Source: an uncultured Clostridia bacterium (GTDB lineage: Bacteria > Aerophobota > Aerophobia > Aerophobales > B3-G15). From it: DNA of 56,371 nucleotides. The notes beneath the pieces were generated by a model. It made no database searches. It was not told where the DNA came from and was given only the letters and a program-made list of their open reading frames with translations. The translations under genes were made by a program, and so were the position numbers. Positions 9,290 to 19,281 of this stretch are shown piece after piece (positions within the stretch are counted from its first letter, which is position 1; each line of letters opens with the position of its first letter). The DNA is taken from assembly GCA_964482715.1 (NCBI GenBank), contig CAYZYX010000007.1, positions 1 to 56,371 of the forward strand. Direction: 5' to 3'.

Positions 9290-10150
9290 ATGTTACCTGA
9301 AGAAATATGCCAGGAAGTAGAAGAAATAAAAACTGATAAAATGCGAGGAGCAAGTTCTCTTGCTCTAAAGGCAGTGGGTGCGATAAAACTTCTGGCAGAG
9401 AAAAGCAAGGCAAAAAAAGAAGAAGATCTTTTAAGAGAATTACAAGAAATTAAGTTAGCACTTATCAGAGCAAGACCTGAGATGACATCGGTAACAAATA
9501 ATGTAGTTCGTGTTATTGATGAGGTCTTACGGGAATATAGAAAGTGGCCAGGGAGTTTAAGAGAACTTATAAAATCAATAACCGAAAGAAGAATCAGAGA
9601 ATATCAGATAGAGTGCATTAAAGCAGCAAAAAAAGCGATAGGAATAATAAAAGATAAAAGTACAGTAATGACCTGTAGCTACAGCTCAGTTATATGTAAT
9701 ACCCTTCGGATGGCTCTGGAACAAAAAAAGAGGATAAATATCCTGATAGCAGAGTCAAAGTTCGGTAATAAGAGTTACGGTAAGATCATATTAGACAGAC
9801 TCAATTTTATGGCAGGTTTTATTCAGCTTATTCCCGATGATGAGATAGAGAAAAATATCATACGGGTAACTACGGTCATAGTAGGAGCAGATTCTGTTCT
9901 TACTGATGGTTCCCTCATAAATGGTGTACCAACCCTCTTGCTGGCTAAGGCTGCAAAGAGAAACTCTGTTCCTTTCTACAGTGTTTGTGAAACCGCTAAG
10001 TTTGATATTCTTGGGAATTTAAGCAAAAATCTCCACCCGGCACCGGGTTTTGACCTTGTCCCACCTCAGTTTATTACTGCTTTTATCACAGAAAAGGGAG
10101 TAATTAAACCCTGGCAAATTGCAAAGGAGATTAAAGGTATAGAAAGATAA
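9290..10150 (+). CDS. eIF-2B alpha/beta/delta-family protein (aIF-2B-delta / R15P-isomerase-like)
   Basis: RGAS, ARPEM, VGADSV..DG..INGVPT, PFYSVCETAKF, FDLVPP..ITEKG. Confidence 0.85.
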   Translation: MLPEEICQEVEEIKTDKMRGASSLALKAVGAIKLLAEKSKAKKEEDLLRELQEIKLALIRARPEMTSVTNNVVRVIDEVLREYRKWPGSLRELIKSITERRIREYQIECIKAAKKAIGIIKDKSTVMTCSYSSVICNTLRMALEQKKRINILIAESKFGNKSYGKIILDRLNFMAGFIQLIPDDEIEKNIIRVTTVIVGADSVLTDGSLINGVPTLLLAKAAKRNSVPFYSVCETAKFDILGNLSKNLHPAPGFDLVPPQFITAFITEKGVIKPWQIAKEIKGIER

Positions 10151-10215
10151 AAAAATAAAATGTTCAGATTAATTAAAAGATATTTTACACAAGAACAAGT
10201 TTTAAACCTGAACTT

Positions 10216-11595
10216 TTATTCATAAGCAATTTTGATCTTGTTTTTTCCCTCTCTTTTAGCTTCATACATCGTTTTATCAGCAGTTCCAATCACGTCTCCA
10301 TTTATTGTTGAATCAGCCACCCCTATACTCAGAGTTATTTTATACTCTGAATATAACTTTCTGTAAACCTCTCTCTGGATTCTCTCAGCCACCTCTTTAG
10401 CTTCCTCCTTAGAGGTGTGAGGAAGAATTATCACAAATTCTTCACCTCCGTATCGATAAGCAGAATCAAGTTTTCGCAAACTGGAAATCAAAATCTCACC
10501 AAGAATTCTTAAGACCTTATCACCCTCAGCGTGGCCATAAATGTCGTTACACGATTTAAAATCGTCTATATCAAGATAGATTACCGAATAAACTTCATTA
10601 TACCTTTTTGCTCTCATTTTTTGCTCTTCCAGCTTTTCTTGAAGAGTCCTATAATTGTAAAGACCGGTGACTGGATCTCTCTGGGCCAGAAAACGCAGTT
10701 TCTCCTCCGCCTTAATTTTACCAATACCGGAAGCTATCTGGTCGGATAGGATTGTAAGGAGATCTCTATCCTCCCGGGAAAGTTTCTTTCCTTCTTTTAC
10801 AATAACCTCCAAAACTCCATAGAGATTGTCTTTACTTACAAGAGGCACAGCAAAAATTTGATGCAAATTATACTTCTTACAGAGATCAAGAGCATATTGG
10901 GTTAAGGGATGATTTTTTACATCTTCTACAAAAACGGGCTTCTTTTGAAAGGCAGCAAAAGCCCCTACCTTCCTCTCACCTTTCAGTACTTTCTGCTCTT
11001 TAATAGTCACACTTTCAAGTTCTGGAGGATAATTTATCTGTGCCGATGGAAATAGAACGTTTTTATCTGGATCATATACCAGGATATTTGCCAGGTCATA
11101 ATCTATCACTTTGGCTAAAGCTTCCAAAATTCTCCGGGAAAATTCGCTTATTCTCTTCGATAAATTAACCGCTTTTCCCAATTCAAAGTAAAAAATTCTG
11201 GTTCTTCTGAGCTCCTCCTCAAGTTTTTTCCTTTCTGTAATATCCACCACATTGCCGAGAATAGCTGTTTTCCCTCTGTACTGAACAAGGGTGGGGATAT
11301 TTTCCACCCACAATGTAGCGCCATTTTTTCTGATAACTTTAAGTTCATATCTTGAAGGAAGAGTGGAAACATCACCTTTCAATGCCTGCCGGGTCATTTG
11401 CTCCAACTTGTCTCGAAATTCAGGGGTAACAAGTTCAAGATAGTTCTTAGCAAGAAGTTCTTCCCGGGTGTAGCCTGACATTCTCTCCATAGTCCTGTTG
11501 ACAAATACAAACCTCCCATCCTGAAATATATAAATGCCACTTGTTGTATTTTCAATGAAAATCATATTTTCTTCTTTTACTTTATTTACCTCCAT
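10216..11595 (-). CDS. PAS-GAF-GGDEF diguanylate cyclase
   Basis: PAS ending in DITERK, GAF, DPVTGLYN, DIDDFK, RKLD I-site and GGEEF. Confidence 0.93.
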   Translation of the reverse strand: MEVNKVKEENMIFIENTTSGIYIFQDGRFVFVNRTMERMSGYTREELLAKNYLELVTPEFRDKLEQMTRQALKGDVSTLPSRYELKVIRKNGATLWVENIPTLVQYRGKTAILGNVVDITERKKLEEELRRTRIFYFELGKAVNLSKRISEFSRRILEALAKVIDYDLANILVYDPDKNVLFPSAQINYPPELESVTIKEQKVLKGERKVGAFAAFQKKPVFVEDVKNHPLTQYALDLCKKYNLHQIFAVPLVSKDNLYGVLEVIVKEGKKLSREDRDLLTILSDQIASGIGKIKAEEKLRFLAQRDPVTGLYNYRTLQEKLEEQKMRAKRYNEVYSVIYLDIDDFKSCNDIYGHAEGDKVLRILGEILISSLRKLDSAYRYGGEEFVIILPHTSKEEAKEVAERIQREVYRKLYSEYKITLSIGVADSTINGDVIGTADKTMYEAKREGKNKIKIAYE

Positions 11596-11616
11596 TTTCT
11601 TACTACCTTACCTAAT

Positions 11617-12528
11617 CTAAATTTTAACTCTCATAAAATCTTCGGCTATTTGCCAGTTAGGATAAGCTCTGATCTTTTCTTTTAACCTTTCGGTATCCCT
11701 GTATCTTCTGGAAATATGAGTTAAAATGACTTTTTTTGCCTTTATTTCATCGGCTGCGTCTATAATCTCTTTAATGGAGGCATGTTCATAATCATCAAAT
11801 TCTCCATTGTCAAAATAGGTACAGTCCTGAATAAGTAAATCCGCATCTCTGGCTAAATTCAAGAGATTCTGGCATATTTTTGTATCTCCGGAGTAAACAA
11901 CTTTTTTCCCTTTTGTTACCATACAAACTTCCTCTATAGTAATTTTTTTGCCTTCAAAAACCACTTCACCCTTCTCCTTTAGTTCTGCGTAGATTTTTCC
12001 CTGCACTGGCAGACCCAGTTTTTTTGCCTTTTCCTTATCTATCCGAAATTTCTCCTTTTCGACAAGACCATAGGCAACAGAAGGTAGGCCATGTTTAACA
12101 GGAGTAGAAACTATCTTAAACTCTTCGTTTTCCATCAGATCCTGTATTCTGTTTTCTTCTACTGGAACTTCTCTCATTATAACTTCAAATGACCTTTCAA
12201 TACCATTAAAATCAAGAATCTTTTTTAATTTTTTTACCTCAGGGGCAAAAATCTTCAGGGGCTTTGTTCTTCCTTCAAAACTCATGGAATCTACCAGACC
12301 GGGAAGTCCAAGAAAATGATCTCCATGCCAGTGAGTAATGAAGATATACTGAATCTTCATTAAATTCAAATTGGCAATAAGCATCTGTCTCTGGGTTCCT
12401 TCCCCGCAGTCAAATAGAAAACAAAACTCCTTTTCCCCTCGAAAGGCAATATGTATTGCTGGATGAGCTCTCTCTCTCGTTGGAATTCCAGCAGTAGTGC
12501 CTAAGAAGACAATCTCAATTTCAGCCAT
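11617..12528 (-). CDS. rnz: Ribonuclease Z
   Basis: FLGT, DCGEGTQ, THWHGDH, YSGDT, LTHISRRY. Confidence 0.93.
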   Translation of the reverse strand: MAEIEIVFLGTTAGIPTRERAHPAIHIAFRGEKEFCFLFDCGEGTQRQMLIANLNLMKIQYIFITHWHGDHFLGLPGLVDSMSFEGRTKPLKIFAPEVKKLKKILDFNGIERSFEVIMREVPVEENRIQDLMENEEFKIVSTPVKHGLPSVAYGLVEKEKFRIDKEKAKKLGLPVQGKIYAELKEKGEVVFEGKKITIEEVCMVTKGKKVVYSGDTKICQNLLNLARDADLLIQDCTYFDNGEFDDYEHASIKEIIDAADEIKAKKVILTHISRRYRDTERLKEKIRAYPNWQIAEDFMRVKI

Positions 12529-12551
12529 TAAAAATTTGCCTCACACAAACT

Positions 12552-12860
12552 TTAGTCATCTGGCTCCAATCTGTGGTATCTTTTTAGACGAATCAGGACC
12601 TCTTCCACCTCTTCTTTCTTATCTTGCTTTTTTAGAGGCTTAATCATTGCCAGAATCATATTTTCAACCATTTCTTGAACAAATCTGTTGAGAAATAACT
12701 TTTCTCCATTAACCTGTATTTCAAGTTCTGTTTTTCTTTCTTCTTGCATAAGTTTCTCCACAAAATTTACTATTTTGTTCACTTCATCCTATCTAAATAC
12801 CATTTCACGGGTCTTTATGTTCAGATCACATATTCCTGTAAGTTCCAGAATAAAAGGCTT
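12552..12860 (-). pseudogene. MobB-like remnant (C-terminal domain; expressible ORF 12552-12782)
   Basis: 76-aa ORF with VNGEKLFLNRFVQEM resembles the MobB C-terminal domain; in-frame upstream KPFILELTG..VFR is interrupted by TAG (12789-12791); no P-loop; follows mobA. Confidence 0.45.
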
Positions 12861-13459
12861 TTTTCTTTTGCTACCAGTTTTCGAGCTTTTTTCAGATCAT
12901 CAGGTGTGTTTACATTAAAGAATAAAAGCCAGGGAGGGGAAAACCTTTTAATTTCCTTTTCTTCTACGAATTTAACCTTTAGATAGGAAAAAATGCCCTG
13001 AATTTTGTTTTCTCCCCGCTCAAGTCTTTCCCTTATCACCGGCAAACAGTATTTCGAGTAAATGGCGTGGAGAGGTTCTATTCCCCGGGTGTGAGAAGGA
13101 AGTAAAACATGATAGTGAGGAGTAATACGGCGCATATAATCGATAAATTCCCCCTGTAAAAAAGGCATATCACAACCAAGAACAAAATTAAATTCCTCAT
13201 TGGAAAAGAAAAGACCAGAGTAAATTCCACCCAGAGGACCTCTTCCGGAAAAGACATCCTCCACCCATTCTACTTTCCCGCTTAACCTTTTATCAAGGGA
13301 AGGCTTTTTTCCAACCAGGATAATTCTCTCTCCCTTTCTTCTCGCCTTATCCACCTGCAAAATTACTCTTTCTAAAAGACAGTGCCTGCCAATTTTAAGA
13401 CCCGCCTTATCCCCACCAATTCTCCTGTTTTCTCCCCCAGTTAATATGAGAAAATTCAT
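12821..13459 (-). CDS. mobA: Molybdenum cofactor guanylyltransferase
   Basis: ILTGG..R.G.DK, GPLGG, GCDMPF, EPLHAIY, FNVNTPDD. Confidence 0.92.
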   Translation of the reverse strand: MNFLILTGGENRRIGGDKAGLKIGRHCLLERVILQVDKARRKGERIILVGKKPSLDKRLSGKVEWVEDVFSGRGPLGGIYSGLFFSNEEFNFVLGCDMPFLQGEFIDYMRRITPHYHVLLPSHTRGIEPLHAIYSKYCLPVIRERLERGENKIQGIFSYLKVKFVEEKEIKRFSPPWLLFFNVNTPDDLKKARKLVAKEKSLLFWNLQEYVI

Positions 13460-16149
13460 GGGTTAACTTTTTCCACCCTCACGGCACAGACTTTTAACTC
13501 AGGAATTTTAGCTATCGGATCAAGCGCATCAATAGTTAATATATTGCAGGCAGCTTCTCTAAAGTGAAAGGTCATAAACACCACACCTGGAGGAGACTTG
13601 TCAGTAACTTTTACCTTAGCTGTAACAGATCCCCTTCGGGAGAGGACTCTGGCTAAATCTCCCTGAGAAAGATCAAGAGATGAGGCATCCTGGGGATTAA
13701 TCTCCACCACCGCCTCCGGGTAAATCTCATTTATTCCTTTAACTCTACGGGTCATGGTTCCAGTGTGAAAATGAAATAAAACCCTACCCGTAGAGAGAAT
13801 AAAGGGGTAATCTCTGTCAGGGGTTTCTGCAGGTGGTTTGAAAGAAACAGGATGAAATCTTCCCTTACCTCTGGTGAATTTTTCTTTATGCAGATATAAA
13901 GTTCCCGGATGAGATTGATCAGGACAGGGCCATTGAAGGCCTTCTTTTTGCAGTCGGGAATACACGATTCCTCCGTAAATAGGAGTTAAAGATGCTATCT
14001 CATCCATAATTTCGGCGGGATGCTGGTAAGACATCGGGTACCCCATTTTTTCCGCAAGACAGCATATTATCTCCCAGTCAGCTTTAGCTTCTCCAGGTGG
14101 ATTTAGAGCTTTTCTTACCCGTTGAACGCGCCGCTCAGTATTGGTAAAGGTCCCTTCCTTTTCGGCAAAGCATGTAGCAGGAAGAACAAGATGGGCAAGC
14201 TGGGCTGTCTCAGAGAGAAAAATATCCTGAACTACAAGAAAATCGAGTTTCTGGAGAGCTCTTCTTGTTCTGAGAGAATTGGGGTCAGAAAGAACAGAAT
14301 TTTCTCCTACTATGTACATTCCCCTGATCTTTCCTTCCTCAATAGCATGGATCATTTCCACTACCGTAAGTCCCGGTTTATCCGGTAAGGACCTACCCCA
14401 GGCTTTTTCAAATTTTCTCCTTATAGTATAATTCTCAACACTCTGATAACCAGGAAATAGATTGGGAAGAGCACCCATATCGCAAGCACCCTGGACATTA
14501 TTCTGACCCCTGAGAGGATTCACCCCACTCGCCTCTTTTCCAACATTCCCACAAAGCATGGCCAGATTAGCAAGAGAGAGGACATTATCAGTTCCTGTTG
14601 TGTGCTGAGTTATTCCCATAGCATAAACTATGGAAGCTTTCTCTGCCCTGGCATAGATCTTTGCAGCTTCTATAATCTTTGAAGCTGGAACCCCGGTGAT
14701 TTTTTCTACTTTCTCGGGAGGATAATCTTTGAGAACCTTCCTTACAGACTCAAAACCCTCTGTACGTTTCTCAATAAATTCTCTGTCTTCAAGCCCTTTG
14801 TTAAGTATTACCCACATCATTCCATTAAAAAGGGCCACATCAGTGCCCGGTTTCTGTCTGAGCCAGATATGGGCAAAATCAGTAAGTTCTATTTTCCTGG
14901 GATCTGCCACAATGAGTTTTGCTCCCTTCCTGACAGCTTCTTTTATCTTCAGGGCAACAATGGGGTGGGTCTCCGAGGTATTAGAACCTGTAACCAGAAT
15001 ACATTCAGCCTGAGAAAGTTCAGCAATGGAATTTGTCATGGCTCCTGAACCAAAAGCTCTGGCAAGACCAGCCACAGTGGAAGCGTGACAGAGACGCGCA
15101 CAATGATCCACGTTATTGGTGCCAATAACTGCTCTCATGAATTTTTGAAAGAGATAGTTTTCCTCATTGGTACACTTAGCTGAGGAAAGTCCAGCCAGTG
15201 AATCTGGACCGTATTTTTCTTTAATGGCAAGTAAGTTGGAAGCTGCAAAATCAAGTGCTTCTTCCCAGGAAACTTCCTTGAATTTTTCCCCTTTTTTAAT
15301 CAGGGGACGGGCAAGTCTATCGGGTGAATTTATAAATTCAAAGCCAAATCTCCCCTTGGCACAAAGCCAACCCGAGTTAACTGGAGCATTCTCGGGTGAG
15401 GTAACCTTAACCACTTTATTATCTCTGGTATGCAAAATGATCTGACAGCCACATCCACAATAAGGACAGATGGTAACAGTTTTCTTCAATTCCCATTCTC
15501 TACCCTTGCCTTTTCTCTCTTTCTCCATTAAAGCTCCTACAGGACACACCGAAAGGCAATTTCCACAGAAAACGCAGGCTGTTTCAGTCATCGGCTTATC
15601 AAAACCTGTGCTTATTAAAGTCTTAAATCCTCGCCGGGCAAAGTCTAAAACCTCACACTGCTGAATGTTGCTACATACATTAACACAGCGACCACAGAGA
15701 ATGCACTTCCGGTTATCACGCTCAATAAAAGGATTATCGCTGATCAAGGGATAATTTATTTTCTCTCCCTCAAAACGAGATGAAGAAACGCCAAGTTCGT
15801 ATGCGTATTTTTCAAGCAAACAATCTCCACTCTTCTCACAGGTCATACAATCAAGGGGATGGTTAGAAATAAGAAGTTCCATAATTACTCTTCGCGCCCT
15901 CTTAACTCTTTCCGTATTGGTTTTAACCTCCATCCCATCTTTTACCGGATAGGAGCAGGAGGCAACGAGATTTTCTACTCCCTTAACTTCAACAAGACAT
16001 AGTCTGCAGGAGGCAAGAGGAGCAAGTCTTTCCTCATAACAAAGATGAGGAATTTCTATTCCTATCTTTTGAGCGGCCTCCAGTATGGTCATACCCTCTT
16101 CAACTGTAACTTTTTTCCCATCAATCCATATAGACACTTCTGCCATCAC
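13456..16149 (-). CDS. fdhF: Formate dehydrogenase alpha subunit (Mo/W-bisPGD, Cys-type) with NuoG-like N-terminal FeS domains
   Basis: 2Fe-2S, HPLDCMTC..C, 2x4Fe-4S, CPYCGCGC, active-site CARLCHAS, LRGQNNVQG. Confidence 0.95.
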   Translation of the reverse strand: MMAEVSIWIDGKKVTVEEGMTILEAAQKIGIEIPHLCYEERLAPLASCRLCLVEVKGVENLVASCSYPVKDGMEVKTNTERVKRARRVIMELLISNHPLDCMTCEKSGDCLLEKYAYELGVSSSRFEGEKINYPLISDNPFIERDNRKCILCGRCVNVCSNIQQCEVLDFARRGFKTLISTGFDKPMTETACVFCGNCLSVCPVGALMEKERKGKGREWELKKTVTICPYCGCGCQIILHTRDNKVVKVTSPENAPVNSGWLCAKGRFGFEFINSPDRLARPLIKKGEKFKEVSWEEALDFAASNLLAIKEKYGPDSLAGLSSAKCTNEENYLFQKFMRAVIGTNNVDHCARLCHASTVAGLARAFGSGAMTNSIAELSQAECILVTGSNTSETHPIVALKIKEAVRKGAKLIVADPRKIELTDFAHIWLRQKPGTDVALFNGMMWVILNKGLEDREFIEKRTEGFESVRKVLKDYPPEKVEKITGVPASKIIEAAKIYARAEKASIVYAMGITQHTTGTDNVLSLANLAMLCGNVGKEASGVNPLRGQNNVQGACDMGALPNLFPGYQSVENYTIRRKFEKAWGRSLPDKPGLTVVEMIHAIEEGKIRGMYIVGENSVLSDPNSLRTRRALQKLDFLVVQDIFLSETAQLAHLVLPATCFAEKEGTFTNTERRVQRVRKALNPPGEAKADWEIICCLAEKMGYPMSYQHPAEIMDEIASLTPIYGGIVYSRLQKEGLQWPCPDQSHPGTLYLHKEKFTRGKGRFHPVSFKPPAETPDRDYPFILSTGRVLFHFHTGTMTRRVKGINEIYPEAVVEINPQDASSLDLSQGDLARVLSRRGSVTAKVKVTDKSPPGVVFMTFHFREAACNILTIDALDPIAKIPELKVCAVRVEKVNP

Positions 16150-19100
16150 TTATTCCTCACTTTTTCAATATCACAGCGGAGGCACCTTCTGGCCTCCCTG
16201 ACAGCCTCATCTTCGTCTAATCCCAGCTCAACTTCCTTAAACCCCTTTATCCTTTCCGGCACAGATAGAGAAGGCATCTTGATTCTTTTCTCCGGAGAAG
16301 GCTCGATCTCAAAAAATTCTAAAAGCTCAAAATCCTTTTTTCTAATTTTAGGAGAAAGATACAGGGGTTTTCCCTTCAGGTACAAATCAATACTGATAGC
16401 AGCCTTTTCACCGGAGGCTATAGCATCAATAACTGTCACTGGACCCATAACTACATCTCCTCCGGCAAATACTCTTTCCTCACTTGTGGCTAAAGTTTTC
16501 GGATTAACCCAAATAGTATTCCATTCAGTTCTTCTTATGGAAGCGGGTAAGAAAGAAAGATCGGCTTTCTGACCTATAGCTGAGATTACGCTATCAGCCA
16601 GAACAAAAAATTCTGATCCAGTAACAGGAACAGGTCTTCTTCGACCACTCGCATCATACTCACCCAGTCTCATTCTGATACATTCAATACCCTTTAATTT
16701 CCCGTTAGATGATATCACCTGCACAGGGGCAGCAAGATAGTGAAATTTCACACCTTCCTTTTCAGCAGCTTGAATTTCTGTTTCTATGGCGGGCATTTCC
16801 TGGCGTGATCTTCTATACAGGATGGTCACCTCTTCTGCCTTCAATCTCAAAGCAGATCTTGCTGCATCTATAGCTACGTTACCTCCACCTATTACCACAA
16901 CCTTTTTACCCAGATCAAAGTTCTTCCCCATATTAAGTTCTCTTAGAAAACTCAGCCCATCTAAAACTCCATCAGTGTTTTCTCCCGGTATTCCAAGTTT
17001 TCGGGATACATGACATCCTGTAGCTACGAATATGCAACTGTAGCCTTTTTTAAAAATATCTTCAAAAGTCAGGTCTTTACCAATTTGTATTCCTGTCTGG
17101 ATAGAAACTCCTATACTCTCAACAGCGGAAAAAATTTCCTCTTTTAAGATGTCCTTAGGTAACCTATAATCAGGAATACCTACTCTGAGCATCCCTCCAA
17201 CAACAGGAAGTGCCTCAAAAATGGTAACCGGATATCCCCATTTTGCCAGATAATGGGCACAGGTAAGACCTGCTGGTCCAGAACCAATTATGGCAATTTT
17301 TTTGTTTTTAGAAGAGGAATGGAGGTATACTTTTTTCTTATCTGTTCCCTTTTTCCTACTATAGTCACTGACAAATCTCTTAAGAGCATTTATTGCAACA
17401 GGCTCATCAATCTCTCCTCTACGACACTTTAGTTCACAGGGATGATGACAAACTCTTCCACATATTGATGGAAAGGGGTTCCTCTTTTTAATCACATTCA
17501 GGGCTTCAGAAAAATTTTTCTGAGCAATTAATCCAATATACTCCGGGATGTCAATTCCCACCGGACATGCATTTTGACAGGGAGAGATGAAAAGTTCCTC
17601 ACAACTCGATGCGGGACAGAATTTTTCCTCAATATGAGCTTTATATTCCTCCTTAAAGTAATTCAAAGTGGAGAGTACAGGATTGGGAGCGGTCTGTCCA
17701 AGGCCACACAGAGATCCATCTTTCACCACTCGAGCAAGCTCCTCCAGAAGTTCTATATCTTCAGGCTTTCCCTCCCCCCGAGTTATCCGTTCCAGAATCT
17801 CCAGCATGCGTTTAGTCCCCACCCTACAGGGAACACACTTCCCACAGGACTCATCCTGAACAAACTGCAGGAAAAAACGAGCCACATCTACCATACAGGT
17901 ACTATCATCCATCACCACCATTCCACCAGAACCCATTATGGCACCAACTTTTTTTAAAGAATCGTAATCAATAGGAAGATCAAGATATCTTTCGGGAATA
18001 CATCCTCCTGAAGGTCCTCCAATTTGTACAGCTTTAAACTTCCTGCCTTCAGGAGGACCACCTCCAATATCAAAAATAACCTTTCTCAGGGTAACCCCTA
18101 TAGGGACCTCTACAAGACCTGTATTTTTCACCTTTCCCGCCAGGGCAAATATCTTTGTTCCTTTACTTCTGGGAGTTCCAATTCTGGCAAAATTATCTGC
18201 CCCCTTCTGGATAATGTAGGAGATATTAGCCAGAGTCTCAACGTTATTTATACAGGTAGGTTTTCCCCAGAGGCCTGACTGTGCTGGAAAAGGGGGTCTT
18301 GGTCTTGGCATACCTCTTCTTCCTTCAACCGAAGCTATGAGTGCCGTCTCTTCTCCACAGACAAATGCTCCTGCTCCCTGTTTAATCTCAATATCAAAAG
18401 AAAAATCTGTGCCTAAGATATTTTTACCCAGTATTCCATATTCTCTTGCCTTTTGAAGGGCAATTTTTAAGTGTTCAACGGCTATAGGATACTCTGCTCT
18501 AACATATACGTACCCCTTTTCCGCTCCAATAGCATAACCTGCTATAAGCATTCCCTCAATGACCAGGTGAGGATCACCCTCAAGTATTGCCCTGTCCATA
18601 AAAGCTCCAGGGTCACCTTCATCAGCGTTGCAGATAATATACTTGGGAGTTCCTTTACTTTTACGGGTAAATTGCCATTTAAGTCCGGTGGGAAAACCTG
18701 CTCCTCCTCTTCCTCTAAGTCCAGATTTTTTCACCTGATCTATAATCTGTTCAGGCGGAATTCTCTCTTTAAATATCTTCTCCAGACCTGCATAACCTTC
18801 ATTGATAAGGAAATCATCAATACTGGTGGGGTCAATTCTTCCACAGTTACGTAAAACAATTTTTGTCTGTTCCTTGTAAAAAGGAACATCTCTTGTGTGA
18901 ACGAAAACTTTACCAGAATCAGGATCTTGATACAAAAGCCGCTCTATTATCTTTCCTTTAACGAGGGTTTCAGATACTATCTCCTTTACATCCGATAAAT
19001 TAATTTGCTGATAAAAAATATCATCCGGATCAATCACCATTACCGGAGCGCGGGCACAGAATCCCTGACAGCCTGTGGCAACAACTTCTACTTTTTTATC

Positions 19101-19268
19101 TAACCCAGCTGCTTCCACTTCCTCTTTTAACTTTTCCATTATCTCTTTTGCACCATAGGCCCGGCATCCAGTCATACATATTCTAACCCTCTTCTTTTGA
19201 GGGTCTTTTTTTTCTATAAGCTCCTGTCGATAAAGGCTTAGTTCTTCCAATCTGGTGAAAAAAGGCAT
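16146..19268 (-). CDS. NuoF/HydB-like flavoprotein fused to a GltD/NfnB-like FAD/NADPH oxidoreductase module
   Basis: Thioredoxin-like 2Fe-2S, GRGGAGFP, CNADEGDPGAFMDR, GGPSGG, ESCGKCVPC; then PCQNACP, CGRVCHHPC, GSGPAG, GGGNVA, YRR, RRCLRC. Confidence 0.92.
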   Translation of the reverse strand: MPFFTRLEELSLYRQELIEKKDPQKKRVRICMTGCRAYGAKEIMEKLKEEVEAAGLDKKVEVVATGCQGFCARAPVMVIDPDDIFYQQINLSDVKEIVSETLVKGKIIERLLYQDPDSGKVFVHTRDVPFYKEQTKIVLRNCGRIDPTSIDDFLINEGYAGLEKIFKERIPPEQIIDQVKKSGLRGRGGAGFPTGLKWQFTRKSKGTPKYIICNADEGDPGAFMDRAILEGDPHLVIEGMLIAGYAIGAEKGYVYVRAEYPIAVEHLKIALQKAREYGILGKNILGTDFSFDIEIKQGAGAFVCGEETALIASVEGRRGMPRPRPPFPAQSGLWGKPTCINNVETLANISYIIQKGADNFARIGTPRSKGTKIFALAGKVKNTGLVEVPIGVTLRKVIFDIGGGPPEGRKFKAVQIGGPSGGCIPERYLDLPIDYDSLKKVGAIMGSGGMVVMDDSTCMVDVARFFLQFVQDESCGKCVPCRVGTKRMLEILERITRGEGKPEDIELLEELARVVKDGSLCGLGQTAPNPVLSTLNYFKEEYKAHIEEKFCPASSCEELFISPCQNACPVGIDIPEYIGLIAQKNFSEALNVIKKRNPFPSICGRVCHHPCELKCRRGEIDEPVAINALKRFVSDYSRKKGTDKKKVYLHSSSKNKKIAIIGSGPAGLTCAHYLAKWGYPVTIFEALPVVGGMLRVGIPDYRLPKDILKEEIFSAVESIGVSIQTGIQIGKDLTFEDIFKKGYSCIFVATGCHVSRKLGIPGENTDGVLDGLSFLRELNMGKNFDLGKKVVVIGGGNVAIDAARSALRLKAEEVTILYRRSRQEMPAIETEIQAAEKEGVKFHYLAAPVQVISSNGKLKGIECIRMRLGEYDASGRRRPVPVTGSEFFVLADSVISAIGQKADLSFLPASIRRTEWNTIWVNPKTLATSEERVFAGGDVVMGPVTVIDAIASGEKAAISIDLYLKGKPLYLSPKIRKKDFELLEFFEIEPSPEKRIKMPSLSVPERIKGFKEVELGLDEDEAVREARRCLRCDIEKVRNK

Positions 19269-19281
19269 TAGCTTATCCTCC

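Noticed and set aside
12789-12791. Pyrrolysine read-through of the TAG in the mobB remnant
   Set aside because: No pyl genes in the window, and the gene is also internally deleted; decay is the simpler explanation.
15085-15105. Possible selenocysteine in FdhF
   Set aside because: The active-site residue is encoded as Cys (CARLCH) and the ORF is uninterrupted.
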